DNA of 58,146 bases, filler included, from Deltaproteobacteria bacterium (GTDB lineage: Bacteria > CG2-30-53-67): NCBI GenBank assembly GCA_013151235.1. It is 4 parts of 4 records of this genome, joined end to end, with 100 filler letters (N's around TTAATTAATTAA, not from the genome) between each part and the next. Parts side by side here need not be neighbours in the genome. Positions count along the whole stretch, not along the records: positions 50,497 to 54,730 come from JAADIO010000056.1; positions 54,831 to 58,146 come from JAADIO010000068.1; 2 more parts are not named here. The stretch is one strand, 5' to 3'. Shown here one piece after another: positions 51,074 to 58,146 of this stretch (positions are counted from its first letter, which is position 1; the number at the start of each line of letters is the position of its first letter). The notes below the pieces were generated by a model. That model saw only the letters and a list, made by a program, of their open reading frames with translations. It made no database searches and was not told the DNA's origin. The position numbers were made by a program, and so were the translations under genes.

Positions 51074-51673
51074 ATGCCTCTTGATCGTTTTCTTCAGTGG
51101 GGGACCAAAACGCGGGACCGGAATTTCCCGGGAAGAGTCTTTGTAGGCGTGCTCTACCGGATCCTTCTTTACGGAATTTTCGATCCTCTTCTCTGGTTTT
51201 TCTACCGATTACGGTTCGCCCTTTCCGGTCAAGGATTGCAAACCTTCCGGCAACCCCGATTCCGCCTCCTCCGGGAGATCCGCAGCCGCTGCCCCCGCCC
51301 GATTCTGTTGCGTCTCTGGCTCCGTTCACATCCGGATCTCTGCGGCGCCTCCGGCTGGGTCGGCCTCCAGACGGCAATCCATACACTGAAGAAACGAACA
51401 AACACACTCCCCTGGCTCCTCCCCGAGGAAACCCTCCTGGCCCACTGTCTCGACTGCAAGGGGTTCGCCGTTCTCTTCTCGAGCCTGCTGACGATTTGCG
51501 GGTTCAATAACGAATTGTGGATCGGTCTTGCCGGAGACGGTGAAAACGGGCACGCCTGGGTTGTAATTGAAGACGGGGGGGGGCGAATTGCCGTGGACCA
51601 AATGAATGGTCTGGGGGTTCCTGAAGCGGTCTACCTCAAAGAACACCGTTTCGCGATGACGATCTCCCTCTGA
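51074..51673 (+). CDS. Transglutaminase-fold Cys protease (lasso B2-like leader peptidase candidate)
   Basis: CLDCKGFAVLFSSLL..G..LWIG..GHAWV..VD, a candidate Cys-His-Asp triad; starts 4 nt after the precursor stop. Confidence 0.72.
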   Translation: MPLDRFLQWGTKTRDRNFPGRVFVGVLYRILLYGIFDPLLWFFYRLRFALSGQGLQTFRQPRFRLLREIRSRCPRPILLRLWLRSHPDLCGASGWVGLQTAIHTLKKRTNTLPWLLPEETLLAHCLDCKGFAVLFSSLLTICGFNNELWIGLAGDGENGHAWVVIEDGGGRIAVDQMNGLGVPEAVYLKEHRFAMTISL

Positions 51674-51773
51674 GGCCCCACGACAATCCTTTCCGGTTCA
51701 CAATCATACAACAATCACGGCATACTGGAAGACAAAGTCTGATTGCCGTCATCACTCACGAAATCCCGACGAC

Positions 51774-52677
51774 TCAGGAGGACGTTTTTTTCACCTCTCC
51801 CGTTCGTCCGAAAGGACCGATGGTCTTGTCCCCGTACCGGATCAGCAGACCGCCTGCATTTCCGATATCCAGTTTCATCGATTCAACCATACTAACCTGA
51901 AGGTCCTCCCCCTTCCGGAGCGTGACGTCATAGTCCTTCTCTCCATCCACATTTACGGACAGCCAGGTCAGGTCCCCGGCAACCAGGTGAATGACGAGAG
52001 GAGCGGGAAGGGCCTTTTGCCGGGAAACGGGTTTCGGGGAGGAATCGGCCGCAGACGGAACCGACCGAGGCCTTCGGTGTCGTCCCGGCAGGGGACTGCA
52101 ACTCCCTGACCGGGAGATTCTCGCCATCTTCAGCCTCCGGTCCCGCAGTCATCGTCGGAGACGTCTCGTTTTTCTGCTCCGTCGCAGGGAACATCTCCTC
52201 AAAACCGACCTTGAACCGGTCTTTGGGCGAAATTTCCGGGTGGAACCAGAATCGAATCCCGAGATAGAGAAGCCCCCCGAGGAGCAGCAGGATCAGGAAA
52301 CCCCAGATCCACAGAGAACGGCCCCGGACCGGCTTCGCATCCATATTGGAAGAATCCTTTTGTGAAGCCGGATGCGACACGGCAGGTTCCGGCCCTTTTT
52401 GATACTCATGGTACCGAAGAAGCGCTTCATCAGGATCAAGACCGATATACCGGGCATAACTGCGAATGAACCCCTTGATAAAAACCGGGGCGGGAAGACG
52501 ATTTTCGTTATCCTCTTCCAGTGCCTCCAGGTATCGGAAACTGACCTTGGTGTCATCGGCGATCTCCCGCAGAGAGATCTCCCGCAGTTCCCGTTCCCGC
52601 TTCAGGTACTCTCCAAAAGAGGGTTTTGAAGCACCTTCCGTAATCTTACGCAACAACCGCTGTTCCTTCTTTTCCAT
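51774..52677 (-). CDS. rodZ: RodZ-like HTH / TM / DUF4115 protein (apparent frameshift near 52050-52120)
   Basis: FGEYLKRERE..ALEED..FIKGFIRSYARYIGLD in one frame; TWLSVNVDG..IGNAGG in the next. Confidence 0.8.
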
Positions 52678-52704
52678 GGGGGTATCCGATCCCGGCGGAC
52701 GGTC

Positions 52705-53523
52705 CTATTCCAGCAGGTCAATATATTTACGAGCATCCTCTTTCAGGGTACTGTCGGGAGACAGGTTCAGGGCCGCACGAAAATGCTCCAGTGCATTTTT
52801 CCCATCTGCATTCTTGAAATAGGAAAGCCCCAGCCCGTAATGAATATTTGCAAGATCTTTGTCTTTTTTCCGCTGCTTATCCGAATTCGTCTCCTCCGGT
52901 CTCTGCATTTTTGTATATCGATCCAGCGCCTCCGTCAACACCCGGATCGCCTCTCCCATCCGGTTGGAGCGATAGTAAAACTTCCACAAATCAAACGAGG
53001 CGGAGAGGAGTAGTGGATCAAGAGATAGAGCCCTTTTGAGCGAGGTCTCCGCCTGTTCCGGCTGTCCCATCAACTGTTGACAGAGACCGATATTCTGCAG
53101 GGCCAGCGCCGGGGTCCCGTAATAAGGATCTTTCAGCACCTTACGGAACTCTTTGACGGCATCGGGACAACGATTCTCTCCGGCGAACAGCGTTCCCAGA
53201 TTCATCCGCGCCTCCGAATAGCCCGGACGGATCGAGAGGGCCTTCCGGTAGGACTTCTCCGCCTCCCGGTAGCGTTTCGTATAAAAATGAACCAGGCCCA
53301 GGGCATTGTCAATCCGGGCATCCTTCGGATTCAGGGCCTGTGCCTTCCGAAGCTGAACCAGGGCCGCCTGGTAGTTCTCTTCACCGAGATACCCGATCCC
53401 CAGGTCATAGTAGGTCGCGGCAATCTGTTTTTTCTTCGTTTTTTTTGTATGATATGCCATGCAGGCGGGAAGTGTTGCGGCAAACAGGACGATGAGGGTG
53501 ACGGCAATGACCTTCCTGCACAT
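52705..53523 (-). CDS. PilW/PilF-like TPR lipoprotein
   Basis: LPAC lipobox, TPRs, DPYYGTPALA; upstream of rodZ. Confidence 0.8.
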   Translation of the reverse strand: MCRKVIAVTLIVLFAATLPACMAYHTKKTKKKQIAATYYDLGIGYLGEENYQAALVQLRKAQALNPKDARIDNALGLVHFYTKRYREAEKSYRKALSIRPGYSEARMNLGTLFAGENRCPDAVKEFRKVLKDPYYGTPALALQNIGLCQQLMGQPEQAETSLKRALSLDPLLLSASFDLWKFYYRSNRMGEAIRVLTEALDRYTKMQRPEETNSDKQRKKDKDLANIHYGLGLSYFKNADGKNALEHFRAALNLSPDSTLKEDARKYIDLLE

Positions 53524-54431
53524 CAGATATCCTCAAAATAAGTCAGAGTCTTGAACATTTTGAAACGTTTCTCGATATCCCGATAGGAAATTTCGCAAAG
53601 ACGTTTCACGCTGAAATCTTCCACATTGTAGGAAGCCATCACACTGCCAAAGATGATGGCACGGCGCAGGGTCTCGTCGTTGATATTCTGCACATTGGAA
53701 AGGTAGCCCATCATCCCGCCGGCGAAAGAGTCCCCGGCCCCGGTGGGATCGAATACGGCATCAAGGGGATAGGCGGGAGCGGAAAAGGTCTGCGAACCAT
53801 TAAACATGAGAACCCCGTACTCTCCCCGTTTGATAATCAGGATTTTCGGGCCATAGGAATGAATCTTCCGGGCGGCCTGAACCAGATTGACCTCCTCCGT
53901 CAACTGCCGCGCCTCGGCGTCATTGATGGTCAGCATATCCACCCGTTTCAACGCCTCGATCAGGGCATCCCGTTTCCCCCCGATCCAGAAATTCATTGTG
54001 TCAAGACCGACGAACTCGGGATTACGGACCTGCCCCAGGACCTTCATCTGAAGTTCCGGGTCGATATTCCCCAGGAAGACATACCGGCTGTCCCGATAGC
54101 TCTCGGGAATCTCGGGGGAGAAGGATTCAAAGACATTCAACTGGGTATCCAGGGTATGCGCCTCATTCAGTTCATAGCCGTATTCCCCTTTCCAGCGGAA
54201 GGTCCTGCCGGAAACCCGCTGCAGGCCCTCCGTATCGACATTGCGGTTTTTCAGAAGATCGATCTGTTCCTCGGGGAAGTCCTCCCCCACGACCGCCACC
54301 ATCCGGATGTCGTTGAAAAAACCGGCGGCCAGAGAGAAGTAAAAGGCCGACCCCCCCTGGGCCTCTTCCACCTCCCCGAAGGGAGTTTTCACGGAATCAA
54401 AAGCCACGGAACCGACAACCAGAAGACTCAT
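53523..54431 (-). CDS. PfkB-family kinase
   Basis: VVGSVAFD, DPTGAGDSFAGG. Confidence 0.92.
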   Translation of the reverse strand: MSLLVVGSVAFDSVKTPFGEVEEAQGGSAFYFSLAAGFFNDIRMVAVVGEDFPEEQIDLLKNRNVDTEGLQRVSGRTFRWKGEYGYELNEAHTLDTQLNVFESFSPEIPESYRDSRYVFLGNIDPELQMKVLGQVRNPEFVGLDTMNFWIGGKRDALIEALKRVDMLTINDAEARQLTEEVNLVQAARKIHSYGPKILIIKRGEYGVLMFNGSQTFSAPAYPLDAVFDPTGAGDSFAGGMMGYLSNVQNINDETLRRAIIFGSVMASYNVEDFSVKRLCEISYRDIEKRFKMFKTLTYFEDI

Positions 54432-54518
54432 AAAAACCTCTTTACATGTTCAGCACTCAGACCGTAAGACCACAGAAAAGAGGAAACAAACACTCCCTCC
54501 GGCACACCATTTCCAGCC

Positions 54519-54730
54519 TCACTCCGGCGGCTTTTTCAGCAGGAAGGCCAGGCTCTTTTTCGTCTCTTTCGGAAAAGAGTTCGGATCGGTGAGGATCGCA
54601 CCCTGTGCCGCCTTCCGGCAGTCACAACGAAACGTCAATATTTCCGTCGAAACGGCATGTGAGATCATCGCCTTCGCCATCGCCACATTCTGCCGGATAA
54701 TCTGCAGCACCGCTTCGGCGTTGACATCGT
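54519..54730 (-). CDS. mtnP: C-terminus of S-methyl-5'-thioadenosine phosphorylase (truncated)
   Basis: VNAEAVLQIIRQNVAMAK..CDC..AILTDP..PKETKKSL; usual neighbour of this PfkB kinase. Confidence 0.65.
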
Positions 54731-54830
54731 NNNNNNNNNNNNNNNNNNNNNNNNNNNNNNNNNNNNNNNNNNNNTTAATTAATTAANNNNNNNNNNNNNN
54801 NNNNNNNNNNNNNNNNNNNNNNNNNNNNNN
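54731..54830. other. Artificial contig linker
   Basis: N runs flanking TTAATTAATTAA. Confidence 0.97.
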
Positions 54831-54831
54831 G

Positions 54832-56946
54832 ATCAATCCCGGGGCGACGGAGGTCCCCTATAACGGGATCGATGAGGACTGCAGCGCGGTTGAAATATTC
54901 AAGTATAATATGGAACATGGGCTTGCAGGTCAGGATGCCCTGCCTGATCCTCATCCGGATGATGATCTCGATCATGATGGTTACACGAGAGATGAGGATT
55001 GCGATGATCTGAACCCGGATGTGAATCCCGCCGCTGTTGAGGTCGGTTCTTTGGCTTCGGACGGGATCGACAACAACTGTAATGGAAAGACCGATGAAGA
55101 ATGGAAAGACCTTCCCGATGGGAGTTTCGTCTTCATCGCGGATCCGGACCAGGAGCATATCGACTCCGGCAAGTCGGCAGGACTGCAGACCTATTTCTAT
55201 ATGGGGAGCAAGTGGCAGGCATTGACGGGGACCAACAACCTGCCGATGCTGGACAATCCGGATACGGGCAAAGACCTTATGCCGGCCGGCCTGATCTATT
55301 TTACATCGTCAGGGGATAACCTGCAGATCCTGGGGCAGCCGAAAACGACCGATTCCCTGGGGAATCTCGTTTATCCGGGAGATTACCGGATCGCCAAGTT
55401 TACTTCCCCCGGCGGGGAGTATACTTCCTATCTGCAGGCGCCTCTCAGTAAAGGCAAGTACAGTGGACAGGAGAGCGGTACGCCAGGGAAGCTGGAGTTT
55501 GACCTGCACACGGCGGAAGCGGATACGCAGTATGCCGGAATCAACATTCCCTTCCCCTACAGTCCGCTTGGGACGGAAGCCTATACGAACAAAAATGGTG
55601 AAGTCCACAGCGGGGTGCGGGCACAGTATCTGGGGACCTCGGCGGATATCGATATCAATGGTGACGGGACGAAGGATGGCAAGTTCGATTACTGGTCCGT
55701 AACCCTGGCGGCGGCCGGAAATGTACCGAATACGGTCCCCGGTTTTGCCGATGCGCCTTTCGGTCATGTCATGAAAGGATGGATCGTATATCTTGGTCCA
55801 AAGAAGAATGCTCCGCCCACGGCCGATGCCGGACCCGACCAAGAGGTTGAGGTCGGTACGGCCGGAACAACAGTTACCCTTGACGGTACGGGAAGTACCG
55901 ATCCGGAAGATGGCACCCCGGCAGTATATTCGTGGAGCCTTGTCAAGAAGCCCTTGGGAAGCCGGACGGTCATTCTGAATCCCGGCGATCCGTCTGTTGA
56001 TGTGACTTTGGACAAGATCGGATTCTATGCCTTTCAGCTTTCCGTGAAAGACAGCCAGGGGGCGGTCAGCCCGAATGATGAAGTTTCCGTCATTGCATTT
56101 GCGAAAACTTCTCTAACGGAATCGATTGATAGCGACCGTGATGGGATTCCGGATGATCAGGAATTAGGGACGGAATCGGCGAATCCCGATTCCGATGGTG
56201 ATGGGACTCTGGATGGAGAAGATGTTGCCGACGGGTCCTCCCCGGTGACAGTCGATTCCGACAATGATGGGATTACCGACGGCCTGGATTATTTTCCGGT
56301 GAACAGTGACCTCTCCTTTGTTACAGAGAGTCACACGCAGGTGATGACGAATATTGAGTCGGTCCTGGGTGAGAAAGTCCGTGTGCAGGTTGGAAAAACC
56401 ACGGGCAAGAATCGGGAAAATGGTGAGATCAGCACGCTCAGCAACCAGGCCGATATGAGCTATTTCAAAATCGTGGATCCTTCCGACCCGAGTCTGAGCG
56501 GGGTTGATCTTCCGGATGGCGCATTGGTCCTGGCATATAATATCGAGTACAATCTGAATACCTTTGCGCCCGGTGCCTCGGTGGCGGTGACGATCGATGT
56601 CCCCTCCGGGATTTCCAGTCCGGCGGTCTTCAAGGTCGTGGGGGGCGTACTTCAGAGATTCCCGGCCCGTGTTGATATGGCGGGAAGCGGCACGATCATG
56701 TTTAATGTTACGGATGGAGGTGCCGGGGATGAGGACGGAACCGCGAATGGTATTATCGTCGATCCCATTGTGCTGGGTCAGGCCGGGACGGGTGCAGATG
56801 TCGTCAACGTCTCAAGTAGTGGCGGTGGCAGCGGCGGTGGGTGTGCCGTTTCCGCACAGCCGGATGCAGCCGATGTCCTGCTTCTCCTTCTGCCGCTCTT
56901 TGCCTTGGCCGGTACGAGATGGGCGAGAAAACGGTTGAATAAGTAA
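54832..56946 (+). CDS. Large surface protein (5' truncated) with MopE-like repeats, PKD domain, DxDxDG repeats, choice-of-anchor-U-like domain and C-terminal sorting signal
   Basis: INPGATE..NGIDEDC; DCDDLNPDVNP..DGIDNNC; PTADAGPDQ..LDGTGSTDP; DSDGDG; TDGGAGDEDG.ANG.IVDP; GGGC then TM then basic tail. Confidence 0.85.
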   Translation: MNPGATEVPYNGIDEDCSAVEIFKYNMEHGLAGQDALPDPHPDDDLDHDGYTRDEDCDDLNPDVNPAAVEVGSLASDGIDNNCNGKTDEEWKDLPDGSFVFIADPDQEHIDSGKSAGLQTYFYMGSKWQALTGTNNLPMLDNPDTGKDLMPAGLIYFTSSGDNLQILGQPKTTDSLGNLVYPGDYRIAKFTSPGGEYTSYLQAPLSKGKYSGQESGTPGKLEFDLHTAEADTQYAGINIPFPYSPLGTEAYTNKNGEVHSGVRAQYLGTSADIDINGDGTKDGKFDYWSVTLAAAGNVPNTVPGFADAPFGHVMKGWIVYLGPKKNAPPTADAGPDQEVEVGTAGTTVTLDGTGSTDPEDGTPAVYSWSLVKKPLGSRTVILNPGDPSVDVTLDKIGFYAFQLSVKDSQGAVSPNDEVSVIAFAKTSLTESIDSDRDGIPDDQELGTESANPDSDGDGTLDGEDVADGSSPVTVDSDNDGITDGLDYFPVNSDLSFVTESHTQVMTNIESVLGEKVRVQVGKTTGKNRENGEISTLSNQADMSYFKIVDPSDPSLSGVDLPDGALVLAYNIEYNLNTFAPGASVAVTIDVPSGISSPAVFKVVGGVLQRFPARVDMAGSGTIMFNVTDGGAGDEDGTANGIIVDPIVLGQAGTGADVVNVSSSGGGSGGGCAVSAQPDAADVLLLLLPLFALAGTRWARKRLNK

Positions 56947-56959
56947 AGAGTGTCTGCTT

Positions 56960-56992
56960 TCCGGGCGGGGGATTTCTCCGCCCGGGATTTTT
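56960..56992 (+). terminator. Rho-independent terminator
   Basis: CCGGGCGG..CCGCCCGG followed by a T run. Confidence 0.65.
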
Positions 56993-57172
56993 GATGAAGT
57001 CGTAAAAAGTCCGTTCGACCCTTCGACCCTTCGGCCGGCTCAGGACAGGCGTACTCAGGGCGAACGGTGTAAGTCATTGANNNCCGTTCGTGTGGTTCGG
57101 CAAGCTCACCATGCTCGGAAGCCTGTCGAACCATGAACGGAATCCGAAAAACGACTTTTTACGAGACCATCA
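56992..57172. mobile_element. Family A element, copy 4
   Basis: TGATGAAGTCGTAAAAAGTC...GACTTTTTACGAGACCATCA. Confidence 0.82.
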
Positions 57173-57187
57173 TTTTTAAAGAGGATA

Positions 57188-57356
57188 AAATCCCCCCTCA
57201 CCCCCCTTTTGTGTACACAAGGCACAAAGGGGCAAAGGAACATAGGCACAAAGTTTAAGGCCAGGAACAACAAGACGGGGAATATAATGAAGGGGGACGG
57301 AGGGGGATGAGTCCTTTTTGCCTCCCCCTTTGTGAAAGGGGAATTGAGGGGGATTG
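57188..57356. repeat. AATCCCCC...GGGGGATT composite repeat with GGCACAAAG short repeats
   Basis: AAATCCCCCCTCACCCCCTTT at the left end, AAGGGGGACGGAGGGGGAT and AAAGGGGAATTGAGGGGGATT at the right. Confidence 0.55.
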
Positions 57357-57427
57357 AAGATATGTTTTTCATGAGGTTTGGTTTTATTGCCGAGATCTGA
57401 CGGCTGAATTAAGAGGGAGGGTGGAGG

Positions 57428-58146
57428 ATGAAAAGATTTTTAACAGGTTTTGCAGTTTTGTTTGTTTCCGTTCTGATGGCCTCCAGTGCCATGGCCACAA
57501 GGGGGCCGTCCCCCCATGCCTTCGGGACCCGGGAGACGGGTTTGGGCGGTGCTTTTGATGCGATTTCCGACGACGCCATCTCGCCGGCGGCCTACAACCC
57601 GGCCGGTCTGACCCAGGTCAAGAACAAGCGTTTCGACATGGATATGATCTTCCTCCGGTCCTACCAGAATTTTACGAACCGGAATAAACAATCCCCAGAA
57701 CGGACAGAACGGCATAGCTACATCAGGTGGATTCCTCCCGAAAGCTTACCTCCTGCTGAATAACAATACGGACGCCCGGACGGCGAAGAACAACTACTTC
57801 ATTATGGGGGGCATGGGCTATGCCATGCGTCTGAGCAGTAAGGCTGTTTTTGGGATAGGATTTATCGGGAAGGCCGGCGGCGGGGTGTTTTTTAAGCCGA
57901 AAGAAACGCCATTCTCTTTTATACGGCCCTATGATGCAGAACTGACCGCTAATCAAACCGATGATAGGCTGGTCCCGATAGTAAATACCAGGAGGACCAC
58001 AATCTCCGGTTCTGCGACGACCTTGAGTGGGTTTACGGACAGTACAGGAACAGCCCGTGTATCGAGGGAGGCCTATATGGTCAGTGCGGAGTATTCAACG
58101 GATTTAAAGATCCCTGAGATCGGGCCGGCCATCGGCTATAAGGTGA
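57428..58146 (+). CDS. FadL/TodX-family outer-membrane transporter (one apparent frameshift near 57685; runs off the window)
   Basis: Signal peptide, GLGGA..YNPAGL; the shifted frame stays open to the end (YFIMGGMGYAMRL..IGPAIGYKV). Confidence 0.75.

Noticed and set aside
51774-52127. Programmed frameshift or phase variation in rodZ
   Set aside because: The breaks lie in a short contig and the second apparent one is at an A7 run; sequencing error is more parsimonious. Reads would decide.
57670-57763. FadL-like gene as a true pseudogene
   Set aside because: Removing one A near AATAAACAAT restores a frame that is open to the window end, and the contig has nearby Ns, so an error is likely.

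Overview
Four draft contigs joined by artificial N...TTAATTAATTAA...N linkers (31206-31305, 50397-50496, 54731-54830), so gene neighbourhoods across those points are not real. The gene content suggests a deltaproteobacterium-like (Desulfobacterota-type) organism with dissimilatory sulfur metabolism (qmoC-sat); this taxonomy is inferred. Contig 1 carries a collapsed integron-integrase relic, nth, the rpsB-tsf-pyrH-frr-uppS-cdsA-dxr-rseP-ispG cluster, a TPR/L,D-transpeptidase, tusA, mlaEFDAC, glnS, a sigma54-driven amt / glnK-amt-porin-NifA-like nitrogen island, an RluA-family gene, marC, mprF and the 3' end of a probable RAYT-type transposase. Contig 2 carries moeA, a tetraheme cytochrome c, a GT2 glycosyltransferase, a heme-motif histidine kinase/PilZ/sigma54 regulator, a DUF512-type radical SAM gene, pilBTC-pilSR, lapAB, sat and qmoC. 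Contig 3 holds the best novelty candidate: a truncated RiPP-like locus made of a radical SAM/SPASM C-terminus, a 68-aa Gly/Pro/Cys-rich precursor with a lasso-type leader and a transglutaminase-fold peptidase, followed by rodZ-like, PilW-like, PfkB and MTAP genes. Contig 4 carries a sorted surface protein and a FadL-like gene. Two dispersed intergenic repeat families share CGTAAAAAG-type termini. All assignments come from reading motifs by eye; no database searches were run.
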